From Calditrichia bacterium (lineage in GTDB: Bacteria; Calditrichota; Calditrichia; JAJRVZ01): DNA of 64,000 bases. Of the stretch, positions 19,913 to 31,747 are shown one piece after another. Made by a program: the position numbers and the translations under genes. The notes beneath the pieces were generated by a model. That model saw only the letters and a program-made list of their open reading frames with translations, ran no database searches and was not told the origin of the DNA. Location: the NCBI GenBank assembly GCA_963796965.1, contig CAWCNS010000006.1, positions 224,001 through 288,000 of the forward strand. The letters are read 5' to 3'. How positions within the stretch are numbered: position 1 is the stretch's first letter; each line of letters starts with the position of its first letter.

Positions 19913-21475
19913 ATGCAGAAAAAACAAATACTCTGGGCAGATGATGAAATTGATTTACTTCAGCCCCACATCATGTTTCTTCAGTCAAAGGGCTATGATG
20001 TTGACACGGTGACCAATGGTGATGATGCTCTTGCAAAAGTAGCTGAAAAACATTACCATATTGTTTTCTTGATGAAATGATGAGTGGGAAGGATGGTTTA
20101 GCAACACTTCAGAAAATCAAATCTTCAAGTCCTCAAACACCTGTAATAATGATAACAAAGAGTGAAGAAGAAAGTTTGATGGAAGATGCAATTGGACAGA
20201 AGATAGATGATTATTTGACAAAACCTGTAAATCCAAGCCAGATATTAATGGCCTGCAAAAAAATTCTTGATAGCAAAGAAATTGCCAGTGAAAAACGAAG
20301 CGTTCAATATGCCCAGGAATTTCAGCAAATATCAACCAATTACTAAATCCTCTTTCAGAAAAAGAATGGATTGAACTCAATATAAAATTATGTAATCTGG
20401 ATGTTGAACTGGACTACCTTGGCTGAACCGGCTTTTCGAGAAATATTGTATGATCAGCGACGTGAATGTAATGTTGAATTTGGAAAGTTTATTGAAAAAA
20501 AATATGCGAACTGGGTTCAGGGATAGAGAGAATTCTCCCGAAATTATCTGTAGATATTGTTAAAAGATCATGTGATCCCTGAACTTAAAAAAGGGAACAA
20601 AGATTGTATTTCTAGTCATAGATTGTATGCGATCTGGACCAATGGTTAACCTTGAAACTTACTTCTATCCCTATTTTAATCTTGAAAGAGATTATTATTA
20701 TTCAATTTTGCCAACAGCAACACCTTTTTCCCGAAATGCTATATTTAGTGGCTTTTTCCTGAAGAAATAGAAAAAAAATATCCGGAATTATGGACAACAG
20801 ATGATGAGGATGAAAGTAGTTTAAATAAATATGAGAAAGAGTTGCTCGAGCAGAATTTTATCAGAAATGGATTTCAGTCAAATCAATGAAATTCGATATG
20901 TCAAAATTATGAATAATGAAGATGCTCATAATCTTGAAAAAAATATAAAATCATTCCTGGATGTTGAAGTCGTAGCAATTGTATTAAATTTTGTTGATAT
21001 ACTTGCCCATAGCCGTTCTGATTTACCAATTCTTAAAGGAGATTGCACCAGATGAATCTGCCTATCGTTCATTGACAAAAAGTTGGTTTGAACATTCTCC
21101 GATGTATAATGTTATTAAGGAAATTTCGAAATCTGATCATCTTTTATTTATTACAACCGATCATGGAAGTGTAAGGGGTATGAGAGGAACAAAAGTTCTC
21201 GGTGATCGTGAAACTTCAACAAATTTGCGATATAAATATGGCCGAAGTCTAAAGGTGGATAAAAAAAATGCAATATTATATAAAAAATCCTGACAGAATA
21301 TAAGTTGCCCCGAAGAGGTATAAATACAACATATATCATTGCAAAAGAAGATTATTATTTTATTTATCCAACAAATTATTATAAATTTCTAAATTATTAT
21401 AAAGATAGTTTTCAGCATGGCGGAGCATCACTGGAGGAAATGATACTTCCATTTATCCGCCTTGATCCTAAATAA
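19913..21475 (+). CDS. porX: PorX-like response regulator (REC + PglZ/alkaline-phosphatase domain); many indels
   Basis: [88 protein letters not shown] across frames. Confidence 0.85.
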
Positions 21476-21478
21476 GAA

Positions 21479-21928
21479 ATGCAAAAAAAACTACTGATAG
21501 AACGAAGAAGCTCATCATTGCAGGGATACGATCAAATTTGCAGAAGAGGCTGTAGATATTTTAATGAAGGTGATACTATATTATTTTATGGTAATCTTGG
21601 GAAGCGGAAAAACATTTTTAACACGCGAATTTGTCGCGGTTACTTGGATCTGAGAAGAAGTTTCAAGCCCCTCTTTCTCATTAATAAATCGATATGAAGG
21701 AAAGACTATTATAAATCATATTGATTTATACAGAATTACATGATGAAACTGAACTTAATGAATCTTGGCCTGGAAGATATTTTTTTTTCAGACGAAATAA
21801 ATTTTATCGAATGGCCAGAGAATTATAGAAGCTAAAAATTCACTGGGCACATTTTCAGATTGAAATAAAAACAAAACCAAAAAATATGTAACTGGAGAAA
21901 GTTTAGGCTGTTTGAGATTTATGAATGA
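21479..21928 (+). CDS. tsaE: tRNA t6A biosynthesis ATPase TsaE; multiple indels
   Basis: YGNLGSGKTF, VSSPSFSLINRY, HIDLYR, FIEWPE fragments across frames. Confidence 0.8.
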
Positions 21929-22593
21929 TCATGTCGTTCTTGGCATTGAAACATCGGGTATACTTATGTAGCGTCGCCTGGTGGCAGGATAATGAGATAT
22001 TGCTGGAATATAATTTTGAAAGAAAAAATGCCCACGGTACTTTATTGGCAAATCTGGTAGAAGATGGATTAAAGAAATTGAAATTATCCCCAAGTCATAG
22101 GTCATGTTGCTGTCGGTGCTGGTCCGGGTTCATTTACAGGTCTTCGTATCGGTATGTCCTATGCGAAAGGGTTTTGTCTTGGAATAGATATTCCTCTCAT
22201 CCCAGTAACAAATTTTGATGTTCTTGCTTATTCTGGGAAGAGTCACAATGGTCTTCTTCTTGTTCTTATTGAGGCTAGAAAAGGATATTATTATGTGGCA
22301 AAATATTTACTGACGGATCATCAGTACCAAATGTGCAATATCTTGCCGAAGCCAGTAAAATCGTGGAGAGTCTTGATTCAGATAACAAGTTAGTTGTACA
22401 TGAAGAAATCACCAAGGGATATTTAAACAATTTGACACCTGATTTTATTATTTTAGATCAGGGTGAATACAGTGCTGCCACTATTTGTGCCATCGGGCAT
22501 TTGAATTACAATCAGAATAATGTACTGCATATTGATGATATAGAACCACTCTATCTTCAACCCTTTGCTGGTGTATATGAGCCGTATTTTTAG
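21921..22593 (+). CDS. tsaB: tRNA t6A biosynthesis protein TsaB; multiple indels
   Basis: LGIETSG, VAVGAGPGSFTGLRIGMSYAKG, C-terminal IEPLYL. Confidence 0.85.
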
Positions 22594-23015
22594 GCCAATG
22601 ACTGAAAATGATATTGTAGATGTATTTAAAATAGAGTGTGATCTTTTTCCTGATCCCTGGCCGGCAAAAGCCTTTTTATCAGAAATTGAACAAGGAAATA
22701 TTTCTTTTCCGTTTATAGTTGAAGAAAACAATGAAATAATCGGTTATATTGTTTGCTGGTATTATCATACTGAATTACATATCGGCAATATCGCTGTTGT
22801 TGCGTCAAAACAAGGTAAAGGTATTGGGAGATATTTACTTAGATACAATTTTTGAATATTTTAAAGATTGTAAAACAGCATTTCTGGAAGTTAAGGAAAC
22901 TAATAATAGGGCTATAAATCTTTACAAGACGTATGGTTTTCATATTGCCTATACGCGAATACGTTATTATCCCAATGGGGATAATGCATTAGTGATGATT
23001 AAAACAATAGAGTAA
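22577..23015 (+). CDS. rimI: Ribosomal protein alanine N-acetyltransferase; indel near 22845
   Basis: F.DPW, HIGNIAV...QGKGIG, FLEVKETN..AINLY..YGF, RYYPNGDNALVM. Confidence 0.85.
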
Positions 23016-23034
23016 AACAATTCAAGGATAAATA

Positions 23035-23895
23035 ATGGATTGGTTTAAAAGAAAAAAAGAAACTCTTCAACCCGTTGACAGAAAAGAAATGCCTGATGGA
23101 TTATGGGTTAAATGCGATGAATGTGGTGAAATTATCTATAAAAAAGAATTGGAAAAAAAACTATATGTTTGCGCTAAATGTGATCACCATTTTAGAATAG
23201 GACATAAAGTTTATATAAAAATTATTAGTAGATAAAGGGACCTTTAAGGAATTTAATCAAACAATAACTTCTGCTGATCCATTAAAATTTAAAGATAGTA
23301 AAAAATATGTGGATCGTTATAAAGCGGCTGTAGATAAAACTGGTATAAATGAGGCGGTTATCACTGGAAAAGGCAAAATAGAGGGCATATGCTGTTGTTC
23401 TTAGTGATTATGGATTTTTCCTTTCTTGGCGGGAGTATGGGATCTGTTGTTGGTGAAAAGATATCGCGTGCTGCAGATATCGCCCTGAAAGAAAAAAAGC
23501 CATTTATAATCCTTTCCTCATCCGGAGGTGCACGAATGCAGGAAGGGGTACTTAGTTTGATGCAAATGGCAAAAACAAGCGCAAAATTGGCACTCCTAGC
23601 CGAAGCAAAAATTCCATATATCTCAATTCTTACCCACCCTACCACCGGAGGTACTACCGCCAGTTATGCGATGTTAGGGGATGTTCATATTGCTGAACCT
23701 GGGGCTTTGATCGGATTCGCCGGCCCAAGGGTTATAAAACAAACCATTGGGCAGGACCTTCCGCCTGGTTTTCAGAAATCGGAGTTTTTATTAGAACATG
23801 GATTTGTTGATACAATTGTCCATCGACACGATTTAAAAAATAAATTAGCTGGAATTCTTCGTTTCTTCCAGCACGAAAAGAAAAATTCTTCTTAG
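23035..23895 (+). CDS. accD: Acetyl-CoA carboxylase carboxyltransferase beta subunit; indels near 23228 and 23395
   Basis: GLWVKCDEC...[41 protein letters not shown]. Confidence 0.93.
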
Positions 23896-23938
23896 ACCTA
23901 TCCTGTCTTGAATCACACTTTTCATCTCGAGGCATTTA

Positions 23939-24696
23939 TTGAATATACTTATTACAAACGATGATGGTATCCATGCACCGGGTATTTTTGCTTTAAAAAA
24001 CCATTTGAGTAAGATTGCCAACGTTCTGGTTGTTGCACCCGACACCGAAAGGAGTGCCGTTGGTCATGCTATTACTTTGTCCGATCCGCTCCGAGTATCC
24101 GAGATCGAGAAGGACGGTAAGTTTTTTGGATATGCAGTTAATGGTACACCTGCTGATTGTGTAAAATTGGGACTTAGATGTTTGGCCGAGGAACCTGTTG
24201 ATCTTGTAGCTTCGGGTATTAACATGGGACCTAACACGGCCACCAATGTTATTTATTCCGGTACTGTTTCTGCGGCTGCCGAAGCTGTCATAATGGGAGT
24301 TCCAGGTTTGGCGATCTCTTTACCTCTTTTGATACACCAGAATTTGAATATGCCGGAATTTTGACCCAACAATTAGCTTTAAAAATTTCTCAATTCGGAT
24401 TACCAGAAGGAACTCTGCTTAATGTAAATGTACCACCTCTAAAGCCTCATGAAATTAAGGGAATTGTAATTACACGCCAGGGCAAAGGAAGATTTGAAGA
24501 GTTTTTTGATAAAAGAGTGGACCCCAATAACCGAACTTATTATTGGCTGGCCGGAAAACGTATGAATATTGATCATGAAGAGGATGTTGATGAAGTTGTA
24601 ATCCGGCAGGATAAAGTATCTATAACACCAATACGCTATGATTTAACTGACCTATCAATGTTGGATGAACTTACCCGGTGGAATATTACATTATGA
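23939..24696 (+). CDS. surE: 5'/3'-nucleotidase SurE; indel near 24325
   Basis: [36 protein letters not shown]. Confidence 0.93.
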
Positions 24697-26245
24697 GTGC
24701 ACACGAAGGACATGAAACAATCCTAATTTTGGATTTTGGTTCGCAATATACCCAATTAATTGCCAGAAAAATCAGGGAAATTGGGTGTTTATTCTGAAAT
24801 TATTCCCTATAATGCAGACTCTTTCTGATTTGAACCATAGCAATATTAAGGGCTTAATTCTTTCCGGCGGACCGTCCTCTGTCTATGCCGATAATGCACC
24901 ACATATTTCTAAAGAACTACTTGATGGAAATATTCCGGTCTTAGGAATTTGTTATGGTCTTCAACTGATTATGTATCTTTGGGGTGGTGAAGTTATCCCG
25001 GCCGAAGAAAGGGAATACGGCAAAGCAAATATTACCTTTTCAGAGCCTTCATCATTAATTGAGGACATGTCTAATCAATCAACGGTATGGATGAGTCACG
25101 GCGATAAAGTTACAAAAATTGCTCCAGGTTTTAAGGCAATTGCCAGAACTGATAACAGTCCATACGCTATTGTTCAACATGAAACTAAATCTTTGTTTGG
25201 CCTGCAGTTTCACCCCGAGGTTAATCATACGGTCGAAGGACGAATATTATTGCAAAACTTTTGTTTTAAAATATGTCAGTGTAAGGGAGATTGGTCAACA
25301 GGATCTTATATCGAAGAGTCATTGGAAGTTATTCGCCAGGAGGTGGGTGACAGCAATGTTATTTGTGGCCTAAGCGGCGGAGTTGATAGTAGTGTCGTTG
25401 CTGTTTTGCTGGATAGAGCCATCGGTAAACAGCTTCAATGTGTTTTTGTTGATACCGGTTTACTTCGTCTTGATGAGGCGAGGAATGTAGAATCCGTTTT
25501 CAGTAAACATTTTAACATCAATTTGCTCTCTGTAAATAACTCAACTCTATTTTTAGATAAACTGAAGGGTGTCACAAATCCTGAGGAAAAAAGGAAAATT
25601 ATTGGTGGATTATTCATTGATGTTTTCGAGAGCGAAGCAAAAAAACTAGGGAAGTTTGACTATCTGGCTCAGGGTACACTTTATCCGGATATTATTGAAA
25701 GTATTTCTGTCCGCGGTCCATCTGCTACAATAAAATCGCATCATAATGTAGGTGGATTGCCGGAAAAAATGAATTTTAAATTAATTGAACCCCTTAAAGA
25801 ATTGTTCAAAGATGAAGTGCGCAATGTGGGCCGTGAATTGGGAATTCAGGAAGAAATTATTGGCCGCCACCCTTTTCCCGGACCCGGGCTTGCAGTACGG
25901 ATTCCAGGAGAAATAACCGAAAAAAAAATCAAGATTTTACAGCTCGCGGATGATATCTACATCACAGAATTGAAAAAGAATAATTTGTATAATGACATAT
26001 GGCAGGCTTTCGCTGTCTTATTGCCTGTTCAATCTGTTGGTGTAATGGGAGATGAACGAACTTATGATTTCACATTGGTGTTGCGGGCGGTAACCAGCAC
26101 AGATGGAATGACAGCGAATTGGTATCCTATGCCTCATCATATTTTAGCGATGATATCTAATCGTATAATCAACGAGGTTGAAGGTATTAACCGCGTTGTT
26201 TACGATATCAGCTCCAAACCGCCAGCAACTATCGAATGGGAATAA
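24693..26245 (+). CDS. guaA: GMP synthase; indel near 24783
   Basis: [55 protein letters not shown]. Confidence 0.97.
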
Positions 26246-26263
26246 AATTTTGAGGGGAGAATT

Positions 26264-28090
26264 ATGTGTGGAATAGTTGGATATATAGGACATCGAAAAG
26301 TCGTACCGATTCTTTTAGCCGGACTCAAACGTCTTGAATATCGCGGATATGATTCTGCTGGCATTGCCTTACTTGAAAATGACCAACTAACGGTCACCAA
26401 GGAGGCGGGGAAGATCACCAAATTGGAAGAGAAAATCCATCAAATGGAGTTTGAGGGTACAATCGGAATTGGACATACCCGATGGGCCACGCATGGAGAA
26501 CCTACTGCATCCAATGCACATCCACATATGGACGGATCTGAGAATATTGCCATTATTCACAATGGTATAATTGAAAATTATACCATTTTAAAAACCATGT
26601 TGGAAAAGAAGGGTCATGTATTCCGATCTGAAACCGATACTGAAATCGTTGCTCACCTTATAGAAGAATATTATCAGGGAGATTTTGAAGAAGCTTTTCG
26701 ACATGCGCTTACGGAATTAAGTGGGGCCTATGGATTTGCGGTTATTTCTAAACATGATCCGGATAAAATTTACGTGGCCCGCCAAGGCAGTCCCCTCGTC
26801 GTTGGTGTGGGTGATGGAGAATACTTTCTGGCATCAGATGTTTCCGCCATTGTTTCACATACACGTAGTGTTTTCTACTTGAATGATGGTGAAATGGCAA
26901 TATTAAGCCGGGATGGAATAAAAACCAAGACACGTAGTAATGAAGAAATTGATAAACAGGTCGAGAATATTACTTTCGACGTAGGAAGAATTGAGAAAAG
27001 TGGTTATCCCCATTATATGTTGAAGGAGATTTGCGAGCAACCTCAAACAATCACTGATGCTTTTAGAGGTCGGATTTTAGTTAATGAGGGAAAAGTAAAA
27101 CTCGGTGGTTTAACTGACATTGAGGAGAAATTAACCGAATCTAACCGTATTATTATTCTCGCTTGTGGAACCAGTTGGCATGCAGCCTTAATTGGCGAGT
27201 ATCTGATTGAAGAATATTGCAGGATCCCTGTTGAAGTAGAATATGCTTCCGAGTTCAGGTACCGGAATCCGATTCTTAGTAAAAATGATTTCGTCATCGT
27301 GATCTCCCAATCTGGAGAAACCGCAGATACACTTGCAGCACTAAAGGAAGGAAAAGAGAAGGGTGCCCAGGCAATGGGTATCGTAAACAGCGTAGGGAGC
27401 TCAATTGCACGAGAAACTGAGGCGGGTGTCTACATTCACGCCGGACCAGAAATTGGTGTTGCCAGTACAAAAGCATTTACATCACAGGTATGTGTATTAT
27501 TTCTAATTATGTTGCTTATTGCCAGAAAACGAACCATGTCTGTTGTTTCCGGACAACATCTTATCGAGGAATTGGCAGAGATTCCGGAAAAAGTGAGAAC
27601 GATTATTGCACAAAGCCATATAATTGAAGAAATTGCCGAGAAATATAAGGACAAGCGAAATTTTCTATATTTGGGAAGGGGTATAAACTTTCCCGTTGCT
27701 TTGGAAGGTGCCCTTAAACTAAAAGAAATTTCCTATATCCATGCAGAAGGTTATCCCGCAGCGGAAATGAAACATGGTCCAATAGCTTTGATTGATGAAG
27801 ATATGCCTGTTGTTTTTATTGCGACAAAAGATCAAATCTATGATAAAGTTATCAGCAATCTTGAAGAAGTTAGGGCGAGAAAAGGTAAGATAATTGTCGT
27901 AGCAAATTATGGCGATGAAAAAATTGCAGAAATAGCAGATCATGTTATTTACATTCCTGAGACAAATCAGGCTCTCGTCCCATTGTTAGCGGTTATCCCA
28001 CTTCAATTACTTGCTTATTACATAGCCGTTAAACGCGGATGCGATGTGGACCAACCTAGAAACTTAGCAAAAAGTGTAACAGTAGAATAA
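26264..28090 (+). CDS. glmS: Glutamine-fructose-6-phosphate transaminase
   Basis: MCGIVG, HTRWATHG, SQSGETAD, PRNLAKSVTVE. Confidence 0.98.
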   Translation: MCGIVGYIGHRKVVPILLAGLKRLEYRGYDSAGIALLENDQLTVTKEAGKITKLEEKIHQMEFEGTIGIGHTRWATHGEPTASNAHPHMDGSENIAIIHNGIIENYTILKTMLEKKGHVFRSETDTEIVAHLIEEYYQGDFEEAFRHALTELSGAYGFAVISKHDPDKIYVARQGSPLVVGVGDGEYFLASDVSAIVSHTRSVFYLNDGEMAILSRDGIKTKTRSNEEIDKQVENITFDVGRIEKSGYPHYMLKEICEQPQTITDAFRGRILVNEGKVKLGGLTDIEEKLTESNRIIILACGTSWHAALIGEYLIEEYCRIPVEVEYASEFRYRNPILSKNDFVIVISQSGETADTLAALKEGKEKGAQAMGIVNSVGSSIARETEAGVYIHAGPEIGVASTKAFTSQVCVLFLIMLLIARKRTMSVVSGQHLIEELAEIPEKVRTIIAQSHIIEEIAEKYKDKRNFLYLGRGINFPVALEGALKLKEISYIHAEGYPAAEMKHGPIALIDEDMPVVFIATKDQIYDKVISNLEEVRARKGKIIVVANYGDEKIAEIADHVIYIPETNQALVPLLAVIPLQLLAYYIAVKRGCDVDQPRNLAKSVTVE

Positions 28091-28107
28091 AACCGGGTAA
28101 TTCAAAC

Positions 28108-29979
28108 GTGATAATTCAAAACAATGTACTTAGTAAAACGATCTTTTTTCTGACTTTAACTTCAATCTTAGTTGGACAAAATTCTTCACAAAGAGAAAAA
28201 TCTATCTTTAATTCCAATGTTGAGCTCTATAGCCAGGGAGAATACGAAAAAGCCGAGCAAAATTTTGCCCTGGTGATCTCAAAATTGCCAAATAGTGCTT
28301 ATTTAACGACAAATTATTTAATGTTGGTTAAAAGCCAGTACAAGAGGGGAGATTATTTATCTTCTATAGAACACGGGAAAAAATTTCTTCGGGCTTTTCC
28401 GGAAAGCAGATATCGGGATGATATCTTATACGTTATGGGAAATTCCTATTATCAATTAAATAGATATCGTACTGCCACGAAAACATGGATAACCTCGGTT
28501 GATGAAAATACTGATCCGAGATTAGATAAAAAGTTAGAGGATTTAATCATTGGAGTTGTCAGATATAAATTGAACGAAGAGGATATTAGGAATTTATCAA
28601 ATGATCGATCTATCTCAGATGATGGCCAGGTACTTATGAGAATAGGTTGGGCAGAGAAGTCCTACCAGACCGGAGCAAATGTTTCTGCTAATAGTATACT
28701 TACCGCTGCGCTTGATAATTACCCGGGCAGTAAATATACGGACAGAGCGAGGAGTCTTTTGAGGAGTGGCGGAAACCAAAGCTCTTCTGATGAATCTTTT
28801 GCCCTCCTTCTGCCTCTGAGCGGCTATAATAAAGAAATTGGTAGTGCCCTTCTTGAGGGAGCCCAATTAGCACTCAATGAATTTAATAAGCAAAACAATT
28901 TAGATATAAAAGTCTCTGTAAGAGACTACGGACAGGAAATATCTTCAGCCATAAAAAATTATCAGGAACTCGCCGGAAATAAAAATATACTTGCCGTTAT
29001 GGGTCCCCTTGAAAATGATATCGCAGCTGCTTGTGCTGCAATATCAAAATATGAAGCAACACCACTTTTAAGTCCAACTGCAACGGCAAACGATCTTACT
29101 GAATTTAGTCCCTACTTTTTTCAACTCGGTTCCAATATTAATACAGTCGCTGAAGCTATGGCCTTATATGCATTAGATAGTCTGAAAATCATGCGCTTTG
29201 CTACGTTTGCACCTATAGATGATCATTTCATAAAAATGGTGGATAAATTTAGCAAAACTGTTTCGAAATCCGGTGCAGAGGTTGTTGCTCAAGAATGGTA
29301 CTATCCAGGCGATCAGGATGTTTATAAACAATTTATGAGTATCAAACGCAAAGGTTTAAAACTGGCCTTTACTGACTCCATTCTCACGGTTAATCCCGAG
29401 GCCACGGAACCACAATTGGATAGTTTATATATAGAATTTTTGAAAGTTGAAAAAAAGAAACTTGATGAATCGAATTCAACAGCAAAAATCGATTCCGCAG
29501 ATATACCCGTTTCCAGTATTGATGGTATCTTTATCCCCATATTTAAAGAAGATCTTCCCTTTATTGCGCCACAAATTGCCTATAGTAATATACAGGCCCA
29601 ATATTTGGGAAATAAAGATTGGTACGATCTGGAAGATTTAAAGAAAAACAAAAATTATATAAATGGTATAATTTTCGGATCAGATGGTTATTTAAACGAG
29701 GAAGACTGGGATTATCGACGATTTCGAAACGATTTTCGCCAAACATTTAAAAAAACACCAAGCATTTATTCCGTAATTGGTTATGACTCGTTCAAGTACA
29801 TTTTACAAGCATATGATACAAAGTCTGATAATGTTTCACGTAATATGTTTTTTCAAAAACTCCAGAAACTCAATCAGTATAATGGTATATACCGCACCTT
29901 TAATATAAATTACCAGAGAAATAATCAATATATTCAATTACTCAAATATAACTTCGGACAGGTAATTCCTCTTCATTGA
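28108..29979 (+). CDS. TPR + type 1 periplasmic-binding-fold protein (LpoA/LppC-like)
   Basis: N-terminal TPR repeats; ALLLPLSG...G.QLA, VMGPL, PLLSPTA, GYDS. Confidence 0.7.
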   Translation: MIIQNNVLSKTIFFLTLTSILVGQNSSQREKSIFNSNVELYSQGEYEKAEQNFALVISKLPNSAYLTTNYLMLVKSQYKRGDYLSSIEHGKKFLRAFPESRYRDDILYVMGNSYYQLNRYRTATKTWITSVDENTDPRLDKKLEDLIIGVVRYKLNEEDIRNLSNDRSISDDGQVLMRIGWAEKSYQTGANVSANSILTAALDNYPGSKYTDRARSLLRSGGNQSSSDESFALLLPLSGYNKEIGSALLEGAQLALNEFNKQNNLDIKVSVRDYGQEISSAIKNYQELAGNKNILAVMGPLENDIAAACAAISKYEATPLLSPTATANDLTEFSPYFFQLGSNINTVAEAMALYALDSLKIMRFATFAPIDDHFIKMVDKFSKTVSKSGAEVVAQEWYYPGDQDVYKQFMSIKRKGLKLAFTDSILTVNPEATEPQLDSLYIEFLKVEKKKLDESNSTAKIDSADIPVSSIDGIFIPIFKEDLPFIAPQIAYSNIQAQYLGNKDWYDLEDLKKNKNYINGIIFGSDGYLNEEDWDYRRFRNDFRQTFKKTPSIYSVIGYDSFKYILQAYDTKSDNVSRNMFFQKLQKLNQYNGIYRTFNINYQRNNQYIQLLKYNFGQVIPLH

Positions 29980-30036
29980 CCTTATTTAAATCACTATATT
30001 ATATATCTATTATTTGATAAACATTTTGTGTAAGCG

Positions 30037-30834
30037 ATGGCAAACGATTCTTATATAACATTTGACATCTTTAAACCATTTGAGGAGATCACGTGTGCTT
30101 TTTCCACCCGCAAAAATGGATTTAGTACCGGGCCATTTTCCAGTCTGAACCTGGGCAATATAAATCAAGACAATCCTGAAGTGGTTAAAAACAACAGATT
30201 AAGTTATTATAAAAGCCTAAACATCGAGCCTACAAATGTCATTTTACCAGACCAAATTCACTCAACAAATGTAAGGATTGTTAACACCCCCGGATCTATC
30301 GCTATGACAGATGCCCTGATCTCAAATAAGACCAATTTATTTATTGGCATTCAAACAGCAGATTGTTTCCCTATCTTTTTATACGAACCTAATCGCCAAA
30401 CAATTGGAATTATCCACGCAGGTTGGAGGGGAGCAATAGCAGGGATTATCCGTAAAACAATCGATCTGATGATTACTGAATTTGATATCAATATCCTTCA
30501 TGTATTGGCTGGTGTCGGTCCAGGATTACAAAAAGAATGCTTTGAGGTCCGTGAAGATGTCTACCAACAATTCTCAGAAGTTTACCTGAGTAAACATCCT
30601 GACCAATCAAAAAGATATTTAAATTTACAAACATATATAAGAGATTGCCTTTGGGAAACAGGCATTCAAAAACAAAATATTGAGTTTAATGCTGCTTGTA
30701 CCAAGTGTTGCAAGTCATTATTTTACTCCTATCGACGGGATGGAGAAAAAAGTGGTCGAATGATGGGTATTATTGGGAATACATGGCTAAATTTAATCGT
30801 TAATTATTCAGTTGACATAAGTTGTATTAATTGA
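30037..30834 (+). CDS. pgeF: Peptidoglycan editing factor PgeF / YfiH (3' end may carry an indel)
   Basis: FSTR..G.S, SLNLG, QIHS, TADCFPI, HAGWRG, YSYRRD...GRM. Confidence 0.9.
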   Translation: MANDSYITFDIFKPFEEITCAFSTRKNGFSTGPFSSLNLGNINQDNPEVVKNNRLSYYKSLNIEPTNVILPDQIHSTNVRIVNTPGSIAMTDALISNKTNLFIGIQTADCFPIFLYEPNRQTIGIIHAGWRGAIAGIIRKTIDLMITEFDINILHVLAGVGPGLQKECFEVREDVYQQFSEVYLSKHPDQSKRYLNLQTYIRDCLWETGIQKQNIEFNAACTKCCKSLFYSYRRDGEKSGRMMGIIGNTWLNLIVNYSVDISCIN

Positions 30835-30961
30835 TTTTAATTGTTGGATTTATTAAGCTTAGGTATATAATAATTCAACTTTTTAAATTCATAGAATAAA
30901 TATATTATCATATTATTTTTTCATCTAAATTCACTGATTTATAAACCAATTGGAGGTACTT

Positions 30962-31540
30962 ATGAAGAAGATTGTTGTTCTTTTAGTGATTGCGTTTGTT
31001 TTATCCCTAACGTTGCCGACTTCAGCTGCAGATATGGGTCTTAAAAGATTGAATGGGCAGGTAGGACTTTTATTTCCATCAACTGATGGTATTGATTATG
31101 GTACCAGTTTTCTACTCGGTGCGGGTGCTGATCTTGGAGAGATTACCGACAATCTCCACCTGGTCCCTTCACTTACTTACTGGATTATGAGTGCAGATCC
31201 GGAGGGTGGCTCGGGTAGTGGCATAGATGTTTCCGCCTCTAATTTTCAAATTGTTGCTGATGTTCAATATTATCTTAAAGATGTAAAGGGTTTATATTTT
31301 GGTGGTGGTTTATCCATAAATTTTAAATCCGTCACTATAGATTTTCCACCGGAATATGTTCAATATTTTGGTGAAAGCAGTTCTACTGGTTCGGAAACCG
31401 ATATTGGAATAGGTCTATTGGGTGGCTATGAAATGCCTCTGGGTAAAACGACGACCGGATTTGCCCATGCAAAATATAATATTATATCAGATTTAAACAC
31501 TTTCGCTATCGTTTTGGGCGTTTGGTTTGATATGAAATAA
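30962..31540 (+). CDS. Small outer-membrane beta-barrel protein
   Basis: GGAGG RBS, signal peptide, about eight amphipathic strands, C-terminal LGVWF. Confidence 0.75.
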   Translation: MKKIVVLLVIAFVLSLTLPTSAADMGLKRLNGQVGLLFPSTDGIDYGTSFLLGAGADLGEITDNLHLVPSLTYWIMSADPEGGSGSGIDVSASNFQIVADVQYYLKDVKGLYFGGGLSINFKSVTIDFPPEYVQYFGESSSTGSETDIGIGLLGGYEMPLGKTTTGFAHAKYNIISDLNTFAIVLGVWFDMK

Positions 31541-31559
31541 TTATTTTCTTTTATGATTT

Positions 31560-31586
31560 AAAAGCGGCATTTATGCCGCTTTTTTT
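31560..31586 (+). terminator. Rho-independent terminator
   Basis: AAAAGCGGCAT-tt-ATGCCGCTTTTTTT. Confidence 0.9.
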
Positions 31587-31747
31587 ATATCTCCCCTAAA
31601 AAGATTGATTATATCAATCAAATAAAACCCTTTAATTCATTAATTGATAGTAGAATTTGGCCGAGAATCATATAAGGTGAGTTATGGTTTTAGAACCTAA
31701 ACACATTCTTGTTTTCATCTTTTGACAGGACTTATTGGGGAGATCTT

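Noticed and set aside
19913..21475. PglZ domain as part of a BREX defence system
   Set aside because: It is fused to a receiver domain in PorX architecture, and no brx/pgl genes are nearby.
26246..26263. glmS ribozyme
   Set aside because: Only 18 nt separate guaA and glmS.
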